From assembly GCA_045562675.1 (NCBI GenBank), contig JBJKVL010000001.1, positions 55,662 through 119,661 of the forward strand: 64,000 nt of DNA, in the 5' to 3' direction. The notes under the pieces were generated by a model. The model was not told the DNA's origin and ran no database searches. It saw only the letters and a list, made by a program, of their open reading frames with translations. The stretch is from Dehalococcoidia bacterium (GTDB lineage: Bacteria; Chloroflexota; Dehalococcoidia; UBA2979). The position numbers and the translations under genes were made by a program. This document shows positions 51,101 to 62,400 of this stretch, piece after piece; position 1 is the stretch's first letter, and each line of letters begins with the position of its first letter.

Positions 51101-51409
51101 GAATCTGGATACATTGTAATTTTAAATACTGAAATTACAGAAGAATTAGCTTTAGAAGGTGCAGCAAGAGAAATCATCAGGCACATACAAGACAAAAGGC
51201 AAAAAATGAATTTTGAGGTATCTGATCGAATCACAATTCAATTTAATAAAAACAAACTTCTAGAAAATGTTTTAGAAAAATATTACGATTTTATTGCAGA
51301 TGAAACACTTGCAGTATCTATATCAAAAGATAATGAAGAAAGTGATTCAGAAATATTTAATTTTCAAATAGATAATACAGAGATTAAATTATCAATTGAA
51401 AAACAATAA
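48128..51409 (+). CDS. ileS: isoleucine--tRNA ligase, type 2
   Basis: YEGPPTANG, GWDTHGLPVE, WTTTPWTLP, GTGIVHIAPAFG, SRERYWGTP, DQTRGWFY, KMSKS, NWYVRRNRRRFW; 1093 aa with type-2 C-terminus. Confidence 0.97.
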   Translation: MTEKASFDKVSNNFLLPKIEEEIIDYWDKNNIFTKTLLDRKESQIFTFYEGPPTANGTPGIHHVLARVIKDLILRYKTMQGYRVERKGGWDTHGLPVELEVEKKLGLTNKNDIEKYGIEEFNKECKESVFNYVQDWEKLTKRIGYWIDMENPYITYENDYIESGWWIFKQLWENKLIFRDFRVTPQCGRCETSLSSHEIALGYKENTIDPSVYVKFNIDMKQNHELIKKITQFSNKASIMAWTTTPWTLPGNTALAIDKNANYVIASIEESQSPECIIIAENLLEKIVSTTKINLHAKLSIKGTELIDLQYDHFFDVENWEDNTIFQINENSKDENKKDASYKITRGIVAADFVGTDEGTGIVHIAPAFGDDDYKLGQDKKLFFVQHINSKGRFYGGQFKDMFIKDADKEIIKFLRNENVLHFDNTIKHTYPFCWRCDDPIIYYAKPSWYIKTTAIKDILIQGNQDKINWVPEHIKSGRFGEWLEGNIDWAFSRERYWGTPLPFWECNNCSNIICIGSFEELKKLAGMEKEVEDPHRPFIDSIHIPCKDCDSDMKRVGEVADAWFDSGAMPYAQWHYPFENKEIFEKNFPADFITEGMDQTRGWFYTLHALATLLFSIKAVPNQIAFKNCISHGIILDGNGQKMSKSKGNVIEPFEVIDRHGADAIRWYMFTASPPGNTRRFSSELVEESSRKTFTTLWNVYSFFVTYANLSNFSIKENLLKSQKRTELDIWIQSELNETIKKVTEGLEKYEPSEAARPINQFIEQLSNWYVRRNRRRFWKTDNSTDSSIALNILYDCLVKVTQISAPFIPFLSEEIYRNLIQISKKDNYESIHLSQWPEYNQKEINEDLSEKIKLVQKMISMGRRTRQQSSIKIRQPLGEITFITKNKKEKDFLTEASNEIKEELNVKQVSFHEFNSELIQYTIKINKATMGPKIGKAVNKLEEAIVKEDVLEILNTLNKGEPYNLLEHKLEFKDLNIKVDAIDGYAAAEESGYIVILNTEITEELALEGAAREIIRHIQDKRQKMNFEVSDRITIQFNKNKLLENVLEKYYDFIADETLAVSISKDNEESDSEIFNFQIDNTEIKLSIEKQ

Positions 51410-51424
51410 GCAGATTAATGAAAT

Positions 51425-52228
51425 ATGATGATTAATAAAGAGCAAATTAACAGAATAGTAATTAAAGTTGGAACCAATCTGCTTACAACAGAAGATGGAA
51501 ATTTTGATTCACAAAAAATTAATCTATTAGCTAAACAAATCATACAAATATTAAAAATGAAAAAAGAGGTTATGATAGTCAGTTCTGGCGCAATAGGATT
51601 AGGCAAAGTGAAAATGAATATCAAAAATAAAATTAATGATATAGAATTGAAACAAGCATCAGCTGCAGTTGGACAAAGTTTGCTCATTACTGAATGGAAT
51701 AATGTTTTTGCTCAGGAAAACATTATTACAGCACAAGCTCTTTTATCTAGAAGCGACATAACTAATAAGACTACAAATAAAAATGCCCGAAATGCACTTT
51801 TAAAATTGTTAGACTTGAATATCGTGCCAATCATAAATGAAAATGATGTCGTTTCTACTGAAGAAATAGCTGATTCAGTAATTGGTGATAATGATAATTT
51901 ATCTGCATTAGTCTCAATAATGATTGATGCTGACTTATTAATTATTTTGACTGACCAGGATGGTCTTTATGATCAGAATCCAGAAAATAATCAAAATGCA
52001 AAGTTGATAAGAATAGTTAATGAAATTAATCAAGATATAAAATCATCCGCTGAAAATACAACAAATCACTACGGCACTGGCGGAATGAAAACAAAAATTG
52101 AAGCTGCTGAAATTGCATTAAAAGAAAAAATACATGTTGTAATAGCTAATGGAAATGAATCAAATGTTTTAAATAAAATTATCAATAATGAAGAAATTGG
52201 TACACATTTCATTCCAAAAGATGATTAA
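51425..52228 (+). CDS. proB: glutamate 5-kinase (no PUA domain)
   Basis: IVIKVGT, VSSGAI, PIINEND, GDNDNLSA, GTGGMKTK; 267 aa. Confidence 0.95.
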   Translation: MMINKEQINRIVIKVGTNLLTTEDGNFDSQKINLLAKQIIQILKMKKEVMIVSSGAIGLGKVKMNIKNKINDIELKQASAAVGQSLLITEWNNVFAQENIITAQALLSRSDITNKTTNKNARNALLKLLDLNIVPIINENDVVSTEEIADSVIGDNDNLSALVSIMIDADLLIILTDQDGLYDQNPENNQNAKLIRIVNEINQDIKSSAENTTNHYGTGGMKTKIEAAEIALKEKIHVVIANGNESNVLNKIINNEEIGTHFIPKDD

Positions 52229-52257
52229 TATTTATATAGAATTAATTTGGAGAAAAA

Positions 52258-53535
52258 ATGAGCTCAAAAACAAATGAAGTATTAACTAAAGCACAAGGTG
52301 CTAAGGTTGCTAGTAATTTTTTAGCTAATCTATCTACAAAAGAAAAAAATAATGCCATTTCTAAGGCAGCAAAAAATATTAATAAACATTCAGATAAAAT
52401 TATTCAAATTAATAAACAAGATATAAAGAAAGCTAAGAAAAATAAAATCAATGAGTCGTTTATAGATAGAATGTTTTTAGATAAAAAACGTATAAGTCAA
52501 ATAGCAAAATCACTAATGGATGTTGTCCAACTTGATGATCCAATTGGGATCATGGAAGATGTAAAAATGAGACCAAACGGCATGCAAGTTGGTAAAAGAA
52601 GAGTACCTTTAGGGGTTATAGGAGCAATTTTTGAATCTAGACCTAATGTTGCCATAGAAATAGCATCTCTATGTCTAAAATCTGGTAATGCAGTTGTTAT
52701 GCGTTCCGGTAGTGATGCACATGCAAGTGCAAAAGTTCTTACTGAAATTTTTGTAGACAGTATCAAACAGGCTGGTATTCCAGCAGATTGCATTGGTTTT
52801 ATTGAAACAAAAGACAGACAAGCTGTAAATGAAATGCTTAAATTATCAGATTATATCGACCTTGTAATTCCTAGAGGTGGCTCTGGATTAATTAATCTTG
52901 TTAAAAGTAAATCTAGAATTCCTGTTGTTGCTGGAGGAATTGGAGTATGCCATACATATATTGATAAAGATGTAGACTTAGAACTTGCAAAAAATATTGT
53001 AGTTAATGCAAAAATCAGGCGGCCATCTGTATGCAACACACTTGACACTGTATTAATTCACTCTAAGGTTGCTGATGATTTTTTAAAGATACTTAAAGAT
53101 GATTTTGAAAATTTTAAAGTCACTATGCATGTTGACAAAAAGGTAGAACAAATACTCCAATTGGGCAAAAAAAATAATTTAATAATTCCAGTCAAAAAAT
53201 CTGATTATAATAGAGAATGGTTGTCATTAGATTGTTCAGTAAAAATTGTAGATTCAATAGAGGAAGCCATTGAGCACATCAACTTAATAGGAAGTGCACA
53301 TTCAGAAGCAATTGCTACTTCTTCATACGTAGCTGCACAGAAATTTCAAAATGAAGTTGATGCTTCATCAATTTTTGTTAATGTATCTACTGGCTTTGCT
53401 GATGGCGGAGAGTATGGTTTAGGAAACGAATTTGGAATTTCAACACAAAAACTTCATGCAAGAGGACCAATGGGTTTAAAAGAGCTTACTTCGTACAAAT
53501 GGATTATTCAGGGCAATGGTCAAGTTAGAGACTAG
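52258..53535 (+). CDS. proA: glutamate-5-semialdehyde dehydrogenase
   Basis: VPLGVIG.IFESRPNV, LVIPRGG, VCNTLD, ISTQKLHARGPMGL. Confidence 0.97.
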   Translation: MSSKTNEVLTKAQGAKVASNFLANLSTKEKNNAISKAAKNINKHSDKIIQINKQDIKKAKKNKINESFIDRMFLDKKRISQIAKSLMDVVQLDDPIGIMEDVKMRPNGMQVGKRRVPLGVIGAIFESRPNVAIEIASLCLKSGNAVVMRSGSDAHASAKVLTEIFVDSIKQAGIPADCIGFIETKDRQAVNEMLKLSDYIDLVIPRGGSGLINLVKSKSRIPVVAGGIGVCHTYIDKDVDLELAKNIVVNAKIRRPSVCNTLDTVLIHSKVADDFLKILKDDFENFKVTMHVDKKVEQILQLGKKNNLIIPVKKSDYNREWLSLDCSVKIVDSIEEAIEHINLIGSAHSEAIATSSYVAAQKFQNEVDASSIFVNVSTGFADGGEYGLGNEFGISTQKLHARGPMGLKELTSYKWIIQGNGQVRD

Positions 53536-53542
53536 TTAAATT

Positions 53543-54268
53543 ATGTTTAACAATATAAAGATAACTGGAATATTGCTTGATTTAGATGACACATTAGTTG
53601 ATTCAAGGAGTTCTTGGAAACAAGGATTCAAAGATACATTTAAATACTACTCAGCTAACAATAGCAAAGATTTTGATCTTGAATCAATCTACATAGAATA
53701 CACAAAAATCGTTGCAAAGAAACATGAGAAGTCAAACGCTAGTGAATGGAGTGATAAGCTGGCTCAGTCAGGCTTATCAGAAATTATTAAAAAGTATCTT
53801 GAAATTGAAATCAATGTTAAAGATGCTTGGATAATTTTTGAGAAATCATGGAAAAAAAATATAGAATTATTTTCAGAAACAAATCAAATTTTGCAATCGC
53901 TTTGTATAAACTTCAAACTTGGTCTTGTGACAAATGGATTATCAGAACATCAGAGATACAAAATAGAAAAATTTGATCTAGCACAATATTTTCAATGTAT
54001 ACTAATTTCAGAAGAAATAGGCTCTCAAAAACCTGATGTAGCAATATTTAATGAAGCAACTAAAAAACTTAGTTTACCAAATAATCACATCATTCATGTT
54101 GGAGATAACCCAAGTCACGATGTGATTGGTGCTAATCAAGCAGGCATGTATTCTTGTTGGCTCAAAAGACCAAAAAATTGGTATAGAGAAATTAAAGACG
54201 TGGAGCCTAATTTTATTATTAGTAATTTGCTAGAATTAGAAAATCTCAACAAAAATAGAAACGGTTAA
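53543..54268 (+). CDS. HAD-superfamily hydrolase
   Basis: DLDDTL, VTNG, KPD, HVGDNPSHDVIGA. Confidence 0.9.
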   Translation: MFNNIKITGILLDLDDTLVDSRSSWKQGFKDTFKYYSANNSKDFDLESIYIEYTKIVAKKHEKSNASEWSDKLAQSGLSEIIKKYLEIEINVKDAWIIFEKSWKKNIELFSETNQILQSLCINFKLGLVTNGLSEHQRYKIEKFDLAQYFQCILISEEIGSQKPDVAIFNEATKKLSLPNNHIIHVGDNPSHDVIGANQAGMYSCWLKRPKNWYREIKDVEPNFIISNLLELENLNKNRNG

Positions 54269-54271
54269 TTG

Positions 54272-54427
54272 ATGCTCAAAATAATTTTACTTGCAGTATT
54301 AATTTTCATTATTATTTGGAGATATAAATATAAAAATTTTTCAAAGATAAAAAAACGCATTGAGACAGTCTTATATGCTTATGTATTCGCAATTCTCCTT
54401 TCAAGTGTTCTTAGAGTGATCTTTTAA
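54272..54427 (+). CDS. small two-TM hypothetical protein (51 aa)
   Basis: Not in ORF track. MLKIILLAVLIFIIIWRYKYKNFSKIKKRIETVLYAYVFAILLSSVLRVIF fills the intergenic gap with 3 and 14 nt spacing. Confidence 0.6.
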   Translation: MLKIILLAVLIFIIIWRYKYKNFSKIKKRIETVLYAYVFAILLSSVLRVIF

Positions 54428-54441
54428 AATAATGAAGTAAG

Positions 54442-55542
54442 ATGAAAAAAACATTCGTAAAAACAGTCATATGGATTACATTATTTTTTTTAATCATTCA
54501 GCTGTATCCAAATAATCAAAATCAACCTACGAATAGCATTTCCAAAAATGAAAAAACAAATCAAGAATCGAGAATGTATTTTATGGGTTTCAATATTAAT
54601 TGGCAAAATAATATGACTTTATACAAAAAGCAATTTGAGGAAGCGGTGAATTATAGTGATATTGTGATGTCAGTTTATAATCCAAGCTGGGAAAAATTGA
54701 AAAATCCAAGTAGTAGTTTCTATAAGTCCAATAATATAGAAAGAATAATTTTTGAACAAAATTTGATAAAAGCAACAGGCAAAAAAAGCTTACTTGCATT
54801 CAATATATTTGATAGTGAGAATAGAGACGAATTAATTAATCTTCCGAAAGATTATAAAAACAATTCATCTTTGGATAAAAAACAAATATACAGTAATCTT
54901 TTGGAGGAAATAATTTTTCTTACGCAGGCGTATGAACCTGACTATTTTGCATTAGGAGTTGAAATAAATCTAACTTATGAAAAAAATCCATCAATCTTTA
55001 GAAGTTACTTAAATTTCTATTCAGATGCTTTTAAGGAAATTAAAAAAATCAATCCAGATATTCAAGTTTTCCCAATTTTCCAATATGAAGAGCTACTGGG
55101 TATTATGCCTGGGTCAGCGCGCCACACACCTCGATGGGAAATGGTAAATATGTTTTCTAAACAAATTGATCTTTTTGCTATATCATCAACTCCATCTAAG
55201 CTTTCAATAACTCAAAGAGATGTGCCAGCAAATTATTATAATCAACTTACAAATATCACCACAAGACCAGTTATTTTTACAGGCATTGGATTCTCTGGTT
55301 CTACAAATAGACTTGAAGAAACACCAACAATAACTGAACAAAATAGATTCGTAAAAAAATTTTTTTCTGATATAAAAAACTTAAATTGTGAAGCTGTAAT
55401 ATGGATTCAATTAAACGATTTTATTGATTCAAATAATGATGTTCTGTACGAATATGGCTTAATAGACAAAAGCAAAAAACATAAAGAGGCATTTAATGAA
55501 TGGAACAAAAATTTGAACAATAAAAAAATAACTAAAAAATAA
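54442..55542 (+). CDS. secreted/anchored glycoside-hydrolase-like TIM-barrel protein
   Basis: N-terminal signal/anchor; YFALGVEIN, IKKINPDIQV, RPVIFTGIG, EQNRF, YGLID..K patterns typical of clan GH-A-like barrels. Confidence 0.55.
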   Translation: MKKTFVKTVIWITLFFLIIQLYPNNQNQPTNSISKNEKTNQESRMYFMGFNINWQNNMTLYKKQFEEAVNYSDIVMSVYNPSWEKLKNPSSSFYKSNNIERIIFEQNLIKATGKKSLLAFNIFDSENRDELINLPKDYKNNSSLDKKQIYSNLLEEIIFLTQAYEPDYFALGVEINLTYEKNPSIFRSYLNFYSDAFKEIKKINPDIQVFPIFQYEELLGIMPGSARHTPRWEMVNMFSKQIDLFAISSTPSKLSITQRDVPANYYNQLTNITTRPVIFTGIGFSGSTNRLEETPTITEQNRFVKKFFSDIKNLNCEAVIWIQLNDFIDSNNDVLYEYGLIDKSKKHKEAFNEWNKNLNNKKITKK

Positions 55543-55553
55543 TTTCTCATTCC

Positions 55554-55582
55554 TTTACAGAAGGAATATTTGGCAGTATCAT
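55554..55582 (+). promoter_or_regulatory. putative rpoBC promoter TTTACA-N17-TATCAT
   Basis: -35 at 55554-55559 and -10 at 55577-55582 with 17-nt spacer. Confidence 0.6.
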
Positions 55583-55651
55583 AATCATTCTGATCAACAG
55601 GGTGTGCCCTGATATAATTTGTGTCTTTAATGGTAGTTATGGAGTAAATTG

Positions 55652-55682
55652 TTCGCTTATTTTCTAAAGCGAATTTTTTTTT
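55652..55682 (+). terminator. terminator-like hairpin + U9 in front of rpoB
   Basis: TTCGCTT-attttcta-AAGCGAA followed by nine T, ending 21 nt before the GTG start. Confidence 0.6.
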
Positions 55683-55703
55683 ACTATCAAGAAAGGAACC
55701 CAC

Positions 55704-58700
55704 GTGACAGCTAACACAAACAACTTTCCAAAATTAGTCAAGGATTTTGGTTCGGCTGAGCATGTCATCGATATGCCAAATTTAATTGATATTGTGACAA
55801 ATTCCTATGAATCATTTTTGCAATCTGATCTAAGAGAACTATTTGATGAAATTTCACCAATTGCAGATTTTACAGGAAATTTAATGGAGCTCAGTTTCAA
55901 GGATTATAGACTAGAGCCATCAAAATACACGGAAGAAGAAGCCAGAATCCATGATGCAACTTATGCATATAGGATTTTTGTTAATTTAGAACTTCTTATT
56001 AAGCAAACTGGTGAAATTAAAGAACAAGAAATATTTATTGGTGAAATCCCTATGATGACAAAACAAGGTACATTCATCGTAAATGGTGCAGAAAGAGTTG
56101 TTGTATCTCAGCTTGTAAGATCTCCTGGAGTATACTTTACTTCAGAAACCGACCAAGTAACCGGCAAGAGATTAACTTCTAGTAAATTAATCCCTAATCG
56201 TGGTGCTTGGTTAGAATTTGAAACTTCAGCTAGAGATTGGTTATCTGTAAAAATTGATCGTAAAAGAAAAATTCCTGTAACCATTTTTTTAAAGGCATTG
56301 GACGATGATGAAAATATTAGTCCTGATGAGTTAGGAACTAATGATAGAATCAGACGACTATTTGAAAATACTAACAATGAAGAGATAATTGACTACATTG
56401 AAACTACATTAAGCAGAGATAATACAGAGAATAGAGATGAAGCTTTAATTGAATTCTATAAAAGAATGAGACCGGGCGATCCTCCCTCTGTTGAAAATGC
56501 TGTTCAACTCATTGAATCCTCTTTTTTTAGTGAGCGAAGATATGACCTTGGAAAAGTCGGTAGATACAAATTAAATCAAAAACTTGCTTTTGATGACAAT
56601 GAAGAATCACGAACTTTAAACCGAACAGATATAATTGAAATAATCAAAACAGTAATTGAAATTAATCATGGAATAAAAAAAGCTGATGATATTGATCATT
56701 TAAGTAATAGAAGAGTTCGTTCAGTTGGTGAGCTTTTAAGAAACCAGATAAGAGTTGGACTTCTAAGACTAGAAAGAGTAATTAAGGAAAGAATGACAAT
56801 TACTGATGTAGAAGAAGCAACACCTTCTTCCTTAATTAATATCAGACCTGTAGTTGCTTCAATTAAGGAATTTTTTGGAAGTTCGCAACTATCACAATTT
56901 ATGGATCAAGTGAATCCATTAGCAGAAATAGCGCATAAAAGACGACTTTCTGCCCTAGGTCCTGGAGGATTATCTAGAGACAGAGCTGGCTTTGATGTTA
57001 GAGATGTTCATCATAGCCATTACGGAAGAATTTGTCCAATTGAAACACCAGAAGGTCCAAACATTGGTTTAATTGGTAATTTAGCAACATATGGTATTGT
57101 TAATGGATTTGGATTTATCGAAACTCCTTATCGACCAGTCAAATCAACAATCAAAACAAATAGTAAAGAGCTAATTGGTAGAATAATCAAAGAAGATATA
57201 AAAACAAAAAATGTAACCGTAGCAAAGAAGGGTCAAACAATTGACGCTGATTTAGCAAAAAAAATAAAAAATGATACAAACGAATCTGAGATTAGAGTCA
57301 ATGCCTATGCATCTTTAGATTTTGAATTGATGGATGCTCATCAAGAAGAAAACTATACTATTGCTCCGGCAAATACTGAGTTGGATCAATATGGCAATAT
57401 TGTTGAAGATAAAATTGAAGTTAGGCATGGTCCCGATTTGGCCCTAATCGAACCAGATGAAATTAATTATATTGATGTATCACCAAAGCAAATTGTTTCT
57501 GTAGCTGCTGCTTTAATTCCATTTTTAGAACATGATGATGCTAACCGAGCACTAATGGGAGCTAATATGCAAAGGCAAGCAGTGCCATTGATAAAAGCTG
57601 AACCACCTTTAGTAGGTACTGGAATGGAAACTCAAGCCGCAAGAGACTCAGGGCAAGTTATTGTGGCAAAAGAATCAGGAAAAGTAATATACTCAAGTTC
57701 AAATCTTATAACTGTTAAATATAAATCAGGAGAAGAAGAGCAATTTGTCTTAATGAAATTTGTTCGCACTAACCAAGGTACATGTATCAATCAAAGACCT
57801 GTAGTTATAGCAGGAGATGATTTTTCAAAAGGTGATCTTATAGCTGATTCTAGCTCAACAAGGGATGGTGAATTAGCCCTAGGCCAATCAGCACTAGTTG
57901 CATACATGTCATGGGAAGGTTACAACTATGAAGATGCAATTATACTATCAGAAAATATTATTCGTGAAGACAAATTCTCTTCAATACATATAGAAAAATA
58001 TGAACTCGAAGCTAGAGACACTAAGCTTGGGCCTGAAGAAATTACCAGAGATATCCCTAATATAGGTGACGATGCTTTAGCTAATCTAGATGAAACTGGA
58101 ATTATAAGAATAGGTGCTGAAGTAAAAGAAAACGATATACTGGTTGGAAAAATAACACCTAAGGGAGAAACAGAATTAACTCCAGAGGAAAAACTTTTAA
58201 GAGCGATTTTTGGTGAAAAGGCAAGGGAAGTAAAAGATACTTCACTAAGAGTGCCACATGGTGAAAAAGGAACTGTAACCGATGTTAAAATTTTTACAAG
58301 AGACGATGTAGATGATTTACCAAGTGATGTTAATCAAATGGTTAAAGTATCAGTCGCACATAAAAGAAAAATCACTGCTGGAGATAAAATGGCAGGTAGA
58401 CACGGCAATAAAGGAGTTGTATCAAAAATTGTACCTTTAGAAGATATGCCTTATCAAAATGATGGTTCGCCAGTTGAAATTATTCTTAATCCAATAGGAG
58501 TGCCATCGAGAATGAACATTGGACAAATATATGAAACGCATCTTGGTTTAGCAGCAAAAACACTTGGTTATAGAGCAATAACTCCAGTATTTGATGGTGC
58601 TAAAGACTTAGATATTCAAGACCAATTAGGTCTAACCTGGCTCGTTATACAGAGCGAAGCTTTGTTAGAAAAACAAGCTTCTAATGATGAGATAGGCAAT

Positions 58701-59420
58701 AATATCGATGTACCAAAATTAGAAGGTTATCTTAGCGAACTTGGTTACGACAGTTCAAGTATTCTTCAAAAAACTCATCAAGGCTATTTTAAACGAACTG
58801 CTCAAGAGATCTGGTTAGAACAACGAGGTAAAAAGAATGTTCGTAATTTGAATGATGAAGAATTAAATACAAACACTATTGAGGTATCTAAAGAATTAAA
58901 TGAAGCTGCGCCAGTGATGGGGAAGGTAAGGCTTTTCGACGGTAAATCGGGTGAACCATTTGATCAACCTGTAACTGTTGGTTATACCTATATGATGAAA
59001 TTAATTCACTTAGTAGATGACAAAATACATGCTAGATCAACTGGTCCATATTCATTAATCACTCAACAACCACTAGGTGGTAAAGCTCAATTTGGTGGTC
59101 AAAGATTTGGTGAAATGGAAGTATGGGCATTGGAAGCATATGGTGCAGCAAATGTACTACAAGAAATGTTAACAATTAAATCTGATGATATTGTTGGTAG
59201 GGTCAAAACTTATGAAGCTATTGTTAAAGGAAATAGTTTATTTGAACCTGGTGTGCCAGAATCTTTTAAAGTTTTAGTGAAAGAGCTGCAATCATTAGGA
59301 ATGTCTGTAGAGGTGCTGAATGCAGAACAAGAAAAACATGAATTTGATGAAGGGTACATAGAATCAATTCCAAAACTTGGAATTAATCTTTCAGGAAGAG
59401 AAATGGGAGACAACAAATAA
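55704..59420 (+). CDS. rpoB: DNA-directed RNA polymerase subunit beta
   Basis: [58 protein letters not shown]. Confidence 0.99.
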   Translation: MTANTNNFPKLVKDFGSAEHVIDMPNLIDIVTNSYESFLQSDLRELFDEISPIADFTGNLMELSFKDYRLEPSKYTEEEARIHDATYAYRIFVNLELLIKQTGEIKEQEIFIGEIPMMTKQGTFIVNGAERVVVSQLVRSPGVYFTSETDQVTGKRLTSSKLIPNRGAWLEFETSARDWLSVKIDRKRKIPVTIFLKALDDDENISPDELGTNDRIRRLFENTNNEEIIDYIETTLSRDNTENRDEALIEFYKRMRPGDPPSVENAVQLIESSFFSERRYDLGKVGRYKLNQKLAFDDNEESRTLNRTDIIEIIKTVIEINHGIKKADDIDHLSNRRVRSVGELLRNQIRVGLLRLERVIKERMTITDVEEATPSSLINIRPVVASIKEFFGSSQLSQFMDQVNPLAEIAHKRRLSALGPGGLSRDRAGFDVRDVHHSHYGRICPIETPEGPNIGLIGNLATYGIVNGFGFIETPYRPVKSTIKTNSKELIGRIIKEDIKTKNVTVAKKGQTIDADLAKKIKNDTNESEIRVNAYASLDFELMDAHQEENYTIAPANTELDQYGNIVEDKIEVRHGPDLALIEPDEINYIDVSPKQIVSVAAALIPFLEHDDANRALMGANMQRQAVPLIKAEPPLVGTGMETQAARDSGQVIVAKESGKVIYSSSNLITVKYKSGEEEQFVLMKFVRTNQGTCINQRPVVIAGDDFSKGDLIADSSSTRDGELALGQSALVAYMSWEGYNYEDAIILSENIIREDKFSSIHIEKYELEARDTKLGPEEITRDIPNIGDDALANLDETGIIRIGAEVKENDILVGKITPKGETELTPEEKLLRAIFGEKAREVKDTSLRVPHGEKGTVTDVKIFTRDDVDDLPSDVNQMVKVSVAHKRKITAGDKMAGRHGNKGVVSKIVPLEDMPYQNDGSPVEIILNPIGVPSRMNIGQIYETHLGLAAKTLGYRAITPVFDGAKDLDIQDQLGLTWLVIQSEALLEKQASNDEIGNNIDVPKLEGYLSELGYDSSSILQKTHQGYFKRTAQEIWLEQRGKKNVRNLNDEELNTNTIEVSKELNEAAPVMGKVRLFDGKSGEPFDQPVTVGYTYMMKLIHLVDDKIHARSTGPYSLITQQPLGGKAQFGGQRFGEMEVWALEAYGAANVLQEMLTIKSDDIVGRVKTYEAIVKGNSLFEPGVPESFKVLVKELQSLGMSVEVLNAEQEKHEFDEGYIESIPKLGINLSGREMGDNK

Positions 59421-62400
59421 TGGAAGAACAAGGAAGATTTTCTGCAATAAGATTAGCGTTAGCATCAACCGAACAAGTTAAATCTTGGTCACATGGTGAA
59501 GTTGTTCGACCAGAAACAATCAATTATAGGACTTTAAGACCAGAAAAAGATGGTTTGTTTTGTGAAAAAATATTTGGCCCCGTCAAAGATTTTGATTGTG
59601 GTTGTGGAAAATATAAAGGTGTTAGGTATAAAGGAATAAAATGTGACAAATGTGGCGTAGAAGTTACAAGGAGTAAGGTTAGAAGAGAGCGCATGGGACA
59701 TTTGGAACTAGCTGCGCCAGTAGCGCATATATGGTTTTCAAAAGGAGTGCCAAGTAGATTAAGTTTAATACTTGATATCCCGCCTAAGAGTTTAGATAAA
59801 ATACTTTATTTTTCTCATTATGTAATAACAGAAATCAATGAAGAGGCAAAAGAACAAGCAATTAAATTATTAAATCAAGATATTGAAAAAGAGTTACGAG
59901 TTCTTTCTGCTGATGACATGCAACTTATGGATATTCGTGAACAAGCATTAGCAGATGAAATAAATAAAGAAAAAGAACTCTTGAATAATACAATGAATGA
60001 ACTGGAAAAAGACAAATCTGAACAAATTAATAATCTAATTGCCTTAGCACAAGAAGAAGAAAAAAAATTACAAGAAAATTCTAATGGTAAATTACCCAAG
60101 CAATTAAAAATAGGTAAAACAGTAATTGCAAAAAGAGGTGAATTAATCAATCCAAAATTAATTGAAAAATTAAAAAAAGAAACTGAAAAAAATATTGAAC
60201 TGGTTGAGAAAGCTGTTGATAAAAATATTGCCAAAATAGAAAAAGCATCTGAAAAAGCTCAGGTAAAATTAACAAATGCAGCAAATAAAGAACTATTACC
60301 TGTTAAAAAAAGAGTTGACGCTTCTAGAGCGAATCTTTCAGAAGAATTTTCAAGATATCAAAAATGGCTTGAAGATCTTGAAGATCCAGTCAAAGCTGAC
60401 AAGTTAACAATTCTAAGTGAAACAGAATTTAGAGATTATGAAGAAAAATTTGGATTAGTCTTTAAAGCTGGTATGGGTGCTGAAGCAATTAAATCTATTC
60501 TAGAAAGAGTGCATTTAGACCAACTAAGTTTAAAACTTGCTAGTGAAATTAGTCATGATTCATTTCATAAACAACAAAAATCCGCAAAACGCTTAAGATT
60601 AATTGAATCAATGCGTAAATCAAATAATAAGCCAGAGTGGATGATCATGGAAGTGCTGCCTATATTGCCCCCTGATCTGAGGCCAATGGTTCAATTAGAT
60701 GGTGGTAGATTTGCAACATCAGACTTGAATGATCTTTATAGAAGAGTAATTAATCGCAACAATAGACTAAAAAGATTAATTGGTTTAGGTGCACCTGAAA
60801 TTATTGTAAGAAACGAAAAAAGAATGCTACAGGAATCTGTTGATTCACTTATAGATAATGGTAGAAGAGGGAAGCCTATTTCTGGTACAGGTAGTCATAA
60901 ACTTAAATCATTATCAGACCTTATTAAAGGCAAGCAAGGAAGATTTAGGCAAAATTTACTTGGTAAGAGAGTAGACTATTCTGGTCGTTCAGTCATTATA
61001 GTCGGTCCAAATTTAAGGTTAGAGCAATGTGGTATTCCTAAAAAAATGGCTCTGGAATTATTTAAACCTTTTGTAATGCATAACTTATTTAAATTAGGTT
61101 ATGCCCAAAATATTAAAAGTGCAAAAAGAATAGTTGAGCGTGGAGACAAAGAAGTTTGGGATGTCCTTGAAGAAGTAATTAAGGCGCGCCCTGTTTTACT
61201 TAATCGTGCACCAACATTACACAGGCTTGGTATTCAAGCGTTTGAACCTATCTTAGTTGAAGGAAATGCTATTCAACTGCATCCATTAGTATGTTTTGCA
61301 TATAACGCTGACTTCGATGGCGATCAAATGGCTGTGCATGTACCACTTTCTTATCCTGCTGTAGCCGAAGCAAGACAAATAATGCTATCATCAAAAAATT
61401 TACTTGCCCCATCTGATGGAGGGCCAGTAGTAGCACCTACACTTGATATGGTACTTGGTTGTTACTACATGACTTTCTTAGAAAAAGAAATTGACCCTAA
61501 AGCTAATACTGATAAATTGCAAAGTTTTGGAAAATTAGAAGATGTTATTACGTTTTATGAACTAGATCATTTAAAACTTCATGATTTAGTGAGACTACGA
61601 GTTAATGGAGGATTTATAACTACAACAGTCGGTCGAGTAATCTTTAATGATATTCTCCCTGAAGGAATTTCATTCAAAAATCAAGCAATGGACAAATCAG
61701 CTCTTAGAGATTTAGTATACGAAGTTTATAAAAAATTTGGTAACGAAATAACAGCTAAACTAGTTGATGATATTAAAGATCTAGGATTTAAATTTGCTAC
61801 TAAATCAGGTACAACAATTTCAAGTTCTGATATTAATGTTCCACTAGAAAAAATTAATCTCATGAACGAAGCAGATAAAAAAGTAGAAGAAATGGAAGAA
61901 CAATTTCAGCTAGGTTTAGTCACTGACGATGAAAAATATGCATCAGCAATTGAAATTTGGTCAAAAGTTTCAGATGATATGGGTTTAATTTTAAATAAAT
62001 CTTTAGAACCTAAAGGCCCATTGGCAATGATGTCTAACTCTGGAGCAAAAGGTAATATAGCCCAAATTCGACAAATGGCTGGTCTACGTGGATTAATGTC
62101 GGATCCAACAGGAAAAATCATTGATCTTCCAATTAGATCGTCTTTTAAAGAAGGACTTTCTGTACTAGAATATTTTATTTCTACTCATGGAGCTAGAAAA
62201 GGGCTCGCTGATACAGCACTTAGAACAGCGGATTCAGGATATTTGACCAGAAGAATGATTGATGTCGCTCAGGATATCATTATTACAAATGAGGATTGTT
62301 ACAATTCAGAAGGAACAATACCTGGAATATCCAAATTTGACACCTCAGATAATGAAAATGGTCTTGGTGCACCACTTTCTGAGAGAATCATTGGAAGATT

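Noticed and set aside
55407-55703. 98-aa minus-strand ORF upstream of rpoB
   Set aside because: Overlaps the GH-like gene end and the rpoB promoter/leader; no recognisable protein features.
34028-55710. Additional CACGTG cores as extra parS sites (near 34035, 34156, 55701)
   Set aside because: Flanks do not match TGTTNCACGTGAAACA.
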